Part shown: piece after piece, positions 1 through 7,208 of the stretch
Layout of the letters: every line of letters starts with the position of its first letter
Numbering within the stretch: position 1 is the first letter of the stretch
Assembly: GCA_024277355.1 (NCBI GenBank)
Contig: JAJRVL010000005.1
Span: 30,001 to 62,000 of the forward strand
DNA from: an archaeon
Lineage (GTDB): Archaea; Iainarchaeota; Iainarchaeia; Iainarchaeales; 1-14-0-10-31-34
Direction: 5' to 3'
DNA length: 32,000 nucleotides
Program-made: the position numbers and the translations under genes
Notes under the pieces: model-generated
What the model was told of the DNA's origin: nothing
What the model saw: only the letters and a program-made list of their open reading frames with translations
Database searches by the model: none

Positions 1-417
1 TTCTAATCCTAATTTTTTATTTGATTCTTTTCCTATAAATCCTGGTCCTTTTGCATCATAATTAATATAGTCGTTCATTATCTGGCTTACGTGGATTAAT
101 CCTTCTATTGGGCCTGTTCTTACAAATGCACCAAATTCAGTTATTTCTGTTATGGTTCCTTCAACTATTTCTTTCATTTCTGGTTTATAGACTATTGCTT
201 TGTATTGAGTACTATAATAGGCTGCTCCGTCTCCAGGAATTACTTTTCCTTCTCCAACGTTTTCAACTTCCATTACTGCAACAATAACTCCAATACTTTC
301 ATCTACTATTCCTTCGTATTCATCTTTTAGTATTTTTAGTATTGCGTCATTTAATTTTCCTCCAAATTCTTTTGGCGGAACTCTTACTGTGTCTTTCATT
401 GAAATTATTGCATACAT
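1..417 (-). CDS. rpo7: RNA polymerase subunit Rpo7 (E'), first 139 codons; 3' end runs off the window
   Basis: Absent from ORF track because there is no stop in the window. Manual translation from ATG 417..415 gives MYAIISMKDTVRVPPKEFGGKLNDAILKILKDEYEGIVDESIGVIVAV...IPGDGAAYY...EFGAFVRTGPIEGLIHVSQIMNDYINYDAKG. This shows the Rpo7 N-domain and S1-fold signatures. The frame is open to position 1. Confidence 0.9.
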   Translation of the reverse strand, partial: MYAIISMKDTVRVPPKEFGGKLNDAILKILKDEYEGIVDESIGVIVAVMEVENVGEGKVIPGDGAAYYSTQYKAIVYKPEMKEIVEGTITEITEFGAFVRTGPIEGLIHVSQIMNDYINYDAKGPGFIGKESNKKLGLE

Positions 418-433
418 TTTTTTTCCTCCTTAT

Positions 434-811
434 TTATTCAATAACAATAACCTTTTTTTGTCTTACGAATGCTGTTTTAAATCCTTTTTTTCTGATTTTT
501 GTTCTTAATTCTTTGTCGTTTGTTGCTATAATATAATTTTCTTGTGCTAATTCTTCCATTCTTTTATCGGCATTTTCTGTTTTTGCTTTTATAATCATGC
601 AATTTTTTTTAATTAATTTTTCTGCTATTTCTGCATTTATTTTTTTTGTTTTGTTTTTTTCTTTTAATTTTTTTAATTCTTTTAAAACTTCTTCTGGAAC
701 AAAAAATTCTGTTTTTCCGTAATTTTTTAGTTCTTCAAAAACATCTATTTTTAGTTCTCCTATTGCCATTAACATATTTGTATCTAAAACTATTTTATTC
801 AGTTGTTCCAT
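434..811 (-). CDS. PIN-domain protein (Fcf1/Utp24-like putative rRNA-processing nuclease)
   Basis: VLDTNMLM acidic N-terminal motif and C-terminal IIATNDKELRTKIRKKG are typical of archaeal Fcf1-like PIN proteins. The position next to aIF2-gamma fits known synteny. The track start at 817 is TTG; the ATG at 811 is preferred. Overlaps the aIF2-gamma 3' end. Confidence 0.75.
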   Translation of the reverse strand: MEQLNKIVLDTNMLMAIGELKIDVFEELKNYGKTEFFVPEEVLKELKKLKEKNKTKKINAEIAEKLIKKNCMIIKAKTENADKRMEELAQENYIIATNDKELRTKIRKKGFKTAFVRQKKVIVIE

Positions 812-1991
812 AAGCAATTAATCTCCATCTTGCACCTTCTTTTTTGCTTATTGCTATTTTTTGGTTTGGTTCTATTGTTATTGGTACTTTAAGCATTACT
901 TCAATTAAATCTTTTTTTAATGCAATTATGTTTCCTATTGTTGTTGCTGTTCCTGCACTTAAAACTATTATTTCTCCTTGTTTTAAGTCTGTTTTAATTC
1001 CTGTTACTTCTCTTTGAAAGTATTTTATTTTCATTTTAATGTTTGTTACTGCTTCAGGAAGGCTTCCGATTTTCCCTAAAATATTTCCTTTCATTTGATC
1101 ATTTTTAGTTAAATTTGAGTCAATTAATGTTCTTATTGAAATTAGTCCTCCTGGCACTGCTTCTTTTATTTTTCCTTCACTTGTATTTATTTCAATTATT
1201 TTTACTTTGTTTTTTTTATTGTTTATTCCAGGACTTAATTCAAGTTCGTCTCCTGTTTTTATTTTTCCCTGCATTATTGTTCCGCCTAATGCTCCTCCAA
1301 TTAATTCTTTGATTTTTATTCCTGGCTTGTTTATGTCAAAGCTTCTTGCAACATACATTTTCACAGGTTTTTTTTCATCTATTTTTGGTGAAGGAATTTT
1401 TTTTTCTATTGTTTCAATTAATAAATCAATATTTGTTCCGAAATGAGCTGCAGTAGGAATTATTTCTGCTTCAAAATCAAATTCTTTAAGAAATTTTTTT
1501 ATTTGATGGTAGTTTTCTGTTGCTTGTTTTTTGTCAACTAAATCTATTTTGTTTTGTGCTACAATAATGTTTTTTATTCCGCTGACTTTTAATGCCATTA
1601 AATGTTCTTTTGTTCTTGGCTGAGGACAGAATTCATTTGCAGCAATAACTAATATTGCTCCATGCATTAATGCAGCTCCTGAAATCATTGTTGTCATTAA
1701 TGTTTCATGTCCTGGAGCATCAACAAAACTGACTTTTCTTAATCTTTTTGTTTTCTTTTTGCAGTGAGAGCAAGTTTCTTGTGTTGTATATGCTTCTGCG
1801 CCTTTACATGCAGGGCATTTATAAAATACTGCATCAGCATAACCTAATCTAATTGAAATTCCTCTTTTTAGTTCTTCTGAATGTGTGTCAGTCCATTTGC
1901 CGCTTAATGCATGCGTCAGTGAAGTTTTTCCATGGTCTACATGGCCTATTAATCCTATGTTAACTTCTGCCTGACTAATTTCTTTTTTCAT
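795..1991 (-). CDS. eif2g: translation initiation factor aIF2 gamma subunit
   Basis: G1 motif GHVDHGKT, zinc knuckle CPACK...CSHCKKK, and DAPGHE, NKIDL GTPase motifs. The track start at 2000 is GTG. The ATG at 1991 is preceded by GAAGTGA (SD). Confidence 0.93.
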   Translation of the reverse strand: MKKEISQAEVNIGLIGHVDHGKTSLTHALSGKWTDTHSEELKRGISIRLGYADAVFYKCPACKGAEAYTTQETCSHCKKKTKRLRKVSFVDAPGHETLMTTMISGAALMHGAILVIAANEFCPQPRTKEHLMALKVSGIKNIIVAQNKIDLVDKKQATENYHQIKKFLKEFDFEAEIIPTAAHFGTNIDLLIETIEKKIPSPKIDEKKPVKMYVARSFDINKPGIKIKELIGGALGGTIMQGKIKTGDELELSPGINNKKNKVKIIEINTSEGKIKEAVPGGLISIRTLIDSNLTKNDQMKGNILGKIGSLPEAVTNIKMKIKYFQREVTGIKTDLKQGEIIVLSAGTATTIGNIIALKKDLIEVMLKVPITIEPNQKIAISKKEGARWRLIAYGTTE

Positions 1992-2051
1992 TTTTTTCAC
2001 TTCTTTTTTTTTGTTTTATATTTTAATTCTTTTTTTCTAAAAAAGGTTTTT

Positions 2052-2534
2052 TTATTTTTTTGCAGTTTTTGAGTCTCCTGCTTTTTCTACGTTTCCTACG
2101 TTTTCAAGTGATTCTTTTACTAGTTTTTCTTTTGCACTAATTTTTTCAGCTGGTTTTTCTTCAGTTTTTTCTGTTGCAAAAATTTCTTCTAGTTTTTTTG
2201 TTCCTTGTTTTGTTATTATTAAGTTTATTTGTTCTGTTTCCTCGCTTATTGTATTTCCTCTTACGCCTACTCTGCTTCTTTCTCCTTTTCTTTTTGCTTT
2301 AAATCCTATTCCTTCTCTTATAAATATTTTTTTCTTGTTTGCTCCTGGAATGTCTTTTCTCATTGGAAATCCTTGTTTGTCGCTTCCTCCAGTAATTTTT
2401 GCTTCATATCCTTCTAATCCAAGAGAATCAAGTTTTACTTCTTCTCCAATTTTTTTGTTTAAAAGCAAAGCAGTTGTTTCAACTTTTTTTCCATATGCTT
2501 TTCCGGTTTTTGGGTTGCTTATCACTATGTTCAT
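2052..2534 (-). CDS. rps6e: ribosomal protein S6e (eS6) with K/E-rich C-terminal tail
   Basis: MNIVISNPKTGKAY...GGSDKQGFPMR signature. GGAGGAGA SD lies upstream inside the infB 3' end. Confidence 0.9.
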   Translation of the reverse strand: MNIVISNPKTGKAYGKKVETTALLLNKKIGEEVKLDSLGLEGYEAKITGGSDKQGFPMRKDIPGANKKKIFIREGIGFKAKRKGERSRVGVRGNTISEETEQINLIITKQGTKKLEEIFATEKTEEKPAEKISAKEKLVKESLENVGNVEKAGDSKTAKK

Positions 2535-2535
2535 T

Positions 2536-4281
2536 TTAGTCTCCTCCAGACTTTTGAATTTCTTTTATTTTTTTAAGTAAGTCTTTTTCTTCTTCAGTTA
2601 AAATATCATTTGATTTTTCAAGTTTTTCAATATTATTTTCAGGAATAAAACTTATTAATTCATCTTTGTTGTTTAAGTTTCTTCCTATTGTTGCATCGCT
2701 TATTGATATTGCAACTTCGCTTCCTTTTTTTGCTTCTTTAATGTTTTCTCCTTTTTCCTGTATTGCTAAAATTTTTCCAATTATTTTTCCGTTTTTCATT
2801 ACTTTTATTCCGGTTCTTAATTTTCCTTCAATTATTTTTGCACCGATTATTACTGGTTTTGAATTTCTAAAAATGTTTTCTGGCATTAATTTTATTTTTA
2901 CAGGCAATACAATTTCTGCTAAAAAACTTTGTTTTGCTTTTTCTTTTTCTTCCGCAATCCATTTTTCGTATTCTTCAATTAAATGATAAATTACTTTTTC
3001 ATTGAAAATTCTTATTTCTTGTTTTTCTGCTTCTTTTACTGCTTCAGGATTAATTTTTGTGTTAAATGCAAGTATTACTCCTTTTGTTTTGTCTTTTTCT
3101 TTTACCTGCAAGCTTTCCATTACATCTCTTCTTGTTACTTCTCCTACATCTGCTTTTCTTGCTTTAATTTCTTTGTCTTCTAGTAATTTAATTATTGCTT
3201 CTAATGAACCTAAAGTGTCTGTTTTGATTATTACTCCTAATTCATCTGAATCAATTTTAATTGAACTTATTTCTTTTTTTATTTCTTCTATTTCTTCCTG
3301 ACTTGCTTCAACTCTTATTGGAGAACCTGCTAAAGCTTTATCTAAGTTTGGTGCTGCAATTTTTAGTCCTGACGCAGCATGAACTTCTTTTACTGAATCA
3401 AATCTTTCCTGCGGTGCACGGATTTCATCTAATGGTTTAGGCAAAAGAAGAGCTCTTATTTTTGTTTCTATTATTCCTTCTTTTCCTCCTAAGGTAATTT
3501 TGTTTCCTGTTTTTATTGTTCCGTCATATAATACAACGTCAATTGTTTTCCCTAATCCTTTTTCATCTTTTACTTCTAATACTGTTCCCTTTCCTTTTCC
3601 GCTTACTTCAATTGTTAATTTTTTTTCTAAAAACTTCTGGCTTAATCCTGCTAAAAACAAAAGTATTTCTGAAAATCCTTCTCCTGTTTTATTGCATAAA
3701 GGAACAATTGGAATTTCTTTTGTAAAATCTTGTATTCTGTCAAATCTTTCTGCAGGAAATCCTTTTTTGAATGTTTCTCCTACAATACAATAAATTTTTT
3801 TGTCTAATTCATCCAGCAATTGTTTGCTTTGATTTTGTTTATTTTCTGTAAAACTTAATTCTTTTGATTCCCATCCGTGAATTTTGTCTATTTTTGTCAT
3901 TGCAATTACAAATGGAACTTTAAATGCTTTCAAAATGTCTATTGCTTCTAATGTTTGTGGTTCGCATCCTTTTATTGCATCAATTGTTAATACTGCTAAA
4001 TCTGCAATACTTCCCCCTCTTTTTCTTAGGTTAGAGAAAGCTTCATGTCCTGGAGTATCAATAAAAAGTAAGCCGGGAATATTTAATTCAAAACCATATT
4101 TTTTTGTTAATTCTCCTGCCATTTTTTCTACTATTTCAATTGGAACTTCTGTTGCTCCAATGTGTTGTGTTATTGCTCCTGCTTCTTGGGAGACGATTTT
4201 TGTGCCTCTAATTCTATCTAAAAAACTTGTTTTTCCTGAATCAACATGCCCTAAGACAGTAATTATTGGCTTTCTAATCAT
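2536..4281 (-). CDS. infB: translation initiation factor aIF5B (IF2 homolog)
   Basis: PIITVLGHVDSGKTS, DTPGHEAF and TKID GTPase motifs; 581 aa with the beta-barrel and C-terminal domains expected for aIF5B. Confidence 0.93.
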   Translation of the reverse strand: MIRKPIITVLGHVDSGKTSFLDRIRGTKIVSQEAGAITQHIGATEVPIEIVEKMAGELTKKYGFELNIPGLLFIDTPGHEAFSNLRKRGGSIADLAVLTIDAIKGCEPQTLEAIDILKAFKVPFVIAMTKIDKIHGWESKELSFTENKQNQSKQLLDELDKKIYCIVGETFKKGFPAERFDRIQDFTKEIPIVPLCNKTGEGFSEILLFLAGLSQKFLEKKLTIEVSGKGKGTVLEVKDEKGLGKTIDVVLYDGTIKTGNKITLGGKEGIIETKIRALLLPKPLDEIRAPQERFDSVKEVHAASGLKIAAPNLDKALAGSPIRVEASQEEIEEIKKEISSIKIDSDELGVIIKTDTLGSLEAIIKLLEDKEIKARKADVGEVTRRDVMESLQVKEKDKTKGVILAFNTKINPEAVKEAEKQEIRIFNEKVIYHLIEEYEKWIAEEKEKAKQSFLAEIVLPVKIKLMPENIFRNSKPVIIGAKIIEGKLRTGIKVMKNGKIIGKILAIQEKGENIKEAKKGSEVAISISDATIGRNLNNKDELISFIPENNIEKLEKSNDILTEEEKDLLKKIKEIQKSGGD

Positions 4282-4286
4282 ATAAT

Positions 4287-4712
4287 TTACAACCCTGTTG
4301 AACCAAATCCGCCTTCGCCTCTGGAAGTGTCATCTAATTCTTCTACAAATTCTATTTCAGCTAATTCAATTTTATTGAAAACTAATTGTGCAATTTTTTT
4401 TCCTTTTTCTGCTGTAAACTTTTCTTTGCCGTGGTTTATTACTATTACGCCTATTTCTCCTCTGTATCCTGCATCAATTGTTCCAGGAGTATTTAAGACA
4501 GTTATTCCATTTTTTAATGCTAAACCAGATTTAGGTCTTACTTGTCCTTCAAATCCTTCAGGAATTGCAACTTTAATTCCTGTTTTAATTAATTTAATTT
4601 CTCCTGAAAGGATTTCTTCTGTTTCTGATGCATATAAGTCTATTCCTGCATCTCCTTTGTGTGCTTGTTCTAATTTTGCTTCTGAATTTAATTTTTTTAC
4701 CTGTACTTTCAT
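4287..4712 (-). CDS. dut: trimeric dUTP diphosphatase
   Basis: Motifs AGIDL, PKSGLA, GTIDAGYRGE and C-terminal RGEGGFGSTG. Confidence 0.9.
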   Translation of the reverse strand: MKVQVKKLNSEAKLEQAHKGDAGIDLYASETEEILSGEIKLIKTGIKVAIPEGFEGQVRPKSGLALKNGITVLNTPGTIDAGYRGEIGVIVINHGKEKFTAEKGKKIAQLVFNKIELAEIEFVEELDDTSRGEGGFGSTGL

Positions 4713-4717
4713 TTAAA

Positions 4718-5281
4718 TCACTTATGTATTACTTCCCAGTCTTTTTTTGTGTATTTATGTAATTCTTCTTTTGTAAACCATAATGCGATTTCTCTTTCAG
4801 CTGATTCTGTGTCTTCTGAACCATGAATTAAATTTCTTACTGATCTTTGTTTTTCTTCTGCTACTTCATATGAGTCAACAGAAAAATCTCCTCTGATTGT
4901 TCCAACATCTGCGGCTCTTGACTGGGTGTTTCCAATTAATTTTCTTCCAACTTCAATTGAATGATATCCTTCAAAAACTATTGCAATTATTGGGCCTTCA
5001 GTTAAATATTGTGAATTCCATGAATGAATTCTTTTTGCAATTTCATCATCTGTTTCTGTTACTTTAATTCCTTTTTTTTCTACTGACTTTCTTGTGTTTT
5101 CTCCTAATTTTTTTTTCCATTCAGGAGTAATTACATAATGATTATCTGCAATATTTTTTGTTGCCTGAATCATTTTCATTCCTGAAATTTTCAGTCCTTT
5201 TTGTTCAAATCTTTTTGTTATTTCTCCAATTAATCCTCTTTGCACTGCGTCATGTTTAATTAAAATTAGAGTTCTTTCCAT
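4718..5281 (-). CDS. ndk: nucleoside diphosphate kinase, long variant with two insertions
   Basis: MERTLILIKHDAVQRGLIGEI...TIRGDF...NLIHGSED (catalytic His) ...AEREIALWF. At 187 aa it is about 35 aa longer than typical Ndk. Confidence 0.88.
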   Translation of the reverse strand: MERTLILIKHDAVQRGLIGEITKRFEQKGLKISGMKMIQATKNIADNHYVITPEWKKKLGENTRKSVEKKGIKVTETDDEIAKRIHSWNSQYLTEGPIIAIVFEGYHSIEVGRKLIGNTQSRAADVGTIRGDFSVDSYEVAEEKQRSVRNLIHGSEDTESAEREIALWFTKEELHKYTKKDWEVIHK

Positions 5282-5282
5282 T

Positions 5283-5474
5283 TTATTTCACCTTTTTTGC
5301 TTTTTTTGTTTTATGGTGTTCTTTTGTCCATTTAACTTTTCTTGGATTTCTTTTTAATTTAATTAAATTTTTTTCGCATTTAGATGAACAAAAGTTATAT
5401 ATTGTGCCGTCTTTTTTGACATACATTAATCCTGTTCCTTTTTTTATGTTTTTTCCGCAAAAAATACAATCCAT
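5283..5474 (-). CDS. rpl24e: ribosomal protein L24e (eL24)
   Basis: [31 protein letters not shown] zinc-ribbon signature. GAGGTGA SD lies 7 nt upstream. Confidence 0.93.
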   Translation of the reverse strand: MDCIFCGKNIKKGTGLMYVKKDGTIYNFCSSKCEKNLIKLKRNPRKVKWTKEHHKTKKAKKVK

Positions 5475-5490
5475 TTTTTTTCACCTCAAA

Positions 5491-5573
5491 GCCGGTTTCG
5501 TCCGGCTGTCACAATGCACGACATAAAGTCATGCTGATATTGGTTTATTCAATAAACTATTGCCAGCTGACAG
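5491..5573 (-). ncRNA. candidate structured RNA / mRNA leader (unknown class) in the S28e-L24e spacer
   Basis: Local GC-rich island in an AT-rich background. Nested complementarity: 5506-5511 with 5568-5573; 5512-5515 with 5559-5562; hairpin 5516-5522/5528-5534; hairpin 5543-5548/5552-5557; hairpin 5491-5495/5502-5506. One pair is G.U only on the minus-strand transcript and C.A on the plus strand, which supports minus-strand polarity. Confidence 0.4.
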
Positions 5574-5579
5574 TAGCAG

Positions 5580-5786
5580 CTAAGCTTTGATTTCTTTTGC
5601 TTCTCTTTCAGTTGAAAGCAATATTATTACGTCTCCTTTTTTCAGGTTTCCTTTTACATTTCTTCTTTTTACTCTGCCTTGTTCTGGTCCTTCAAGAATT
5701 TTGCATAAAACCTGAATGATTTCTCCATGGACGCCTGTTCTTTGGATTACTTCAACTACTTCTGCAGGAGTTCCTTCACGCATCAT
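5580..5786 (-). CDS. rps28e: ribosomal protein S28e (eS28)
   Basis: [42 protein letters not shown] signature; ends in TAG. Confidence 0.93.
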   Translation of the reverse strand: MMREGTPAEVVEVIQRTGVHGEIIQVLCKILEGPEQGRVKRRNVKGNLKKGDVIILLSTEREAKEIKA

Positions 5787-5790
5787 TTAA

Positions 5791-6156
5791 TCACTTCTTT
5801 AACTCGTTTATTTTTTTTATTATTTCTTCTAATTCTTTTTTTGCATTTCCTTCTTCAACTAATGCAATTGAAGCTGTTCCAACTGAAATGCCTGTTTTTT
5901 CTCCTAATTCTTTTTTTGTTGAAATATAAGAAAAAGGAATTTTTTTTTCTTCACATAACAAAGGCAAATGCATTACTAATTCCTGAGGGCTAATGTCTTC
6001 TGCAATAAAAATGATTTTTGCTGTTCCTCTTTCTATTGCTTTAGTTGTTTCGTTTACACCTATTCTGATTTTACCACTGTTTTTTGCTTTTTCAATTAGT
6101 GCTAATTGTTTTTCTTTTAGTTCTTTGCCTACGCTGAACTTAACGTATTCTGCCAT
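5791..6156 (-). CDS. rpl7ae: ribosomal protein L7Ae (k-turn binding protein)
   Basis: KIRIGVNETTKAIERGTAKIIFIAEDISPQELVMHLPLLCEEKKIPFSYI signature. The L7Ae-S28e-L24e order is conserved in archaea. Confidence 0.93.
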   Translation of the reverse strand: MAEYVKFSVGKELKEKQLALIEKAKNSGKIRIGVNETTKAIERGTAKIIFIAEDISPQELVMHLPLLCEEKKIPFSYISTKKELGEKTGISVGTASIALVEEGNAKKELEEIIKKINELKK

Positions 6157-6162
6157 TTAAAA

Positions 6163-6200
6163 TCAACCTCCTTGCAGCCATTTATGGCTGTTCATCGTCA
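6163..6200 (-). promoter_or_regulatory. candidate k-turn hairpin in the L7Ae 5' UTR that includes the SD
   Basis: Minus-strand RNA: GAUGA-A-CAGCCA-UAAA-UGGCUG-C-AAG-GAGGUUGA...AUG. It has a 6-bp stem, a 3-nt bulge (AAG), and possible tandem sheared G.A/A.G pairs (6170/6192 and 6169/6193). GGAGG is the SD. The -1 pair would be C.A and the NC helix is weak. Confidence 0.3.
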
Positions 6201-6228
6201 TCGGCAAAATGAGTATAAGAAAACCTGT

Positions 6229-6258
6229 CAAAAAAGGTTTTTAAAGGTATTTTAATGC
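6229..6258 (+). promoter_or_regulatory. candidate BRE/TATA for the plus-strand orphan gene
   Basis: AAAAAGGTTTTTAAAGGTATTTTAAT lies about 25-35 nt upstream of ATG 6269. No GGTGA-type SD precedes this ATG, which suggests a leaderless or very short-leader mRNA. Confidence 0.35.
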
Positions 6259-6268
6259 ATTTCTGTGT

Positions 6269-7207
6269 ATGTCTAAACCTAAAAGATCTGGCTTAAAAAG
6301 AAACAGATTTGTGCATCAAAAATTTCATGGAAAACTTAATGTTTCTAGTTCTTCAAATCTTATTCCTTATTATTCTGCTGTTAAAGTTGTAACAATTAAT
6401 GGCAAAAAATATGTTAAAAAAACTCATTCAGGTTTTTTTTTGCAGCCTGATGTAAATCAGTCTAAACATGCATTAAATCCTGAACTTGCAAGAAGTTTAA
6501 CAGCAGGAGAATCAATTGTTTTAAGAGGAGTTTCAAGAATTTATAACAGGCTTAAAAGAAAAGGAGTTTTCAGAAAAAAAGAAAAAAAAATTTATTTACT
6601 TAATTTTTCCAAACTTTTTAGGGTTAATTTAAGCAAAACAAAGCCTTCAAAAAATTTTATTTTATCAGAATATATAAATGCTCCTGATGCAGGGCGTCTT
6701 TATTCTTTTGTGAAATTTGGAAAAATATTAGGTGCTTCTCCTAAAGAAGAAAAAAAATGCATGCAATTCATAAAAAAACAGAGGTTAATTAAGGTTTTAG
6801 AAAATAAAAAATCAAGAGAATCTTTTGCTTCTAAACTTTATTCGGCTGTTGAGCAGGCTGCAAGGGATTTAGCTGTTGCAGAAAAAGAATTTAAAAAAAA
6901 TGCAGCAAAAAAAGGTTTAAATGAAAATGTTTTGTTTGATGTGTCTGAAAGAAAAGATAATGTTTTGTTTAGAGTTCCTGAAACAGATTTTAATGAAATT
7001 AAACGAGACAATTTTGTTGTTAATTCTTTTGAAAGGGGAGTTTTTAATCTTACTTTAATTGATCTTCTTTATCCTTCAAGTGATAAAAAATTTCATCCTT
7101 CAATTACAAGAACAAAAAAACGAAACAAGCTTAAGCAGTGGGAAAACAAAAATCCTAAAGAATTTTATAGTTCTGAAGGCCATCCAAAAAGAAGAAAGAA
7201 AAAATAA
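6269..7207 (+). CDS. hypothetical, very basic protein (312 aa), no family recognised
   Basis: The only long plus-strand ORF with gene-like K/E/N composition; the other plus ORFs are F/L-rich antisense shadows. K/R-rich N-terminus (KPKRSGLKRNRF) and C-terminus (TRTKKRNKLK...HPKRRKKK). No competing minus-strand ORF. Confidence 0.7.
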   Translation: MSKPKRSGLKRNRFVHQKFHGKLNVSSSSNLIPYYSAVKVVTINGKKYVKKTHSGFFLQPDVNQSKHALNPELARSLTAGESIVLRGVSRIYNRLKRKGVFRKKEKKIYLLNFSKLFRVNLSKTKPSKNFILSEYINAPDAGRLYSFVKFGKILGASPKEEKKCMQFIKKQRLIKVLENKKSRESFASKLYSAVEQAARDLAVAEKEFKKNAAKKGLNENVLFDVSERKDNVLFRVPETDFNEIKRDNFVVNSFERGVFNLTLIDLLYPSSDKKFHPSITRTKKRNKLKQWENKNPKEFYSSEGHPKRRKKK

Positions 7208-7208
7208 T

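Noticed and set aside
5491-5573. Whether the GC-rich spacer RNA is a tRNA or split-tRNA half, a C/D or H/ACA sRNA, a hammerhead ribozyme or 5S rRNA.
   Set aside because: There is no GTTCRAATC T-loop or acceptor pairing. There is no RUGAUGA/CUGA box pair and no ACA box at the right distance. CGAAAC is present, but there is no CUGAUGA core and no suitably placed cleavage triplet. It is too short for 5S rRNA. It is left as an unknown class.
6269-7207. Calling the orphan protein a RIO, Bud32 or Kdo-type kinase.
   Set aside because: Only the order of a few hydrophobic and charged segments resembles a kinase fold. The catalytic HxD, a clear VAIK Lys / alphaC Glu pair and the DFG motif are not recognisable, so no family call is justified.
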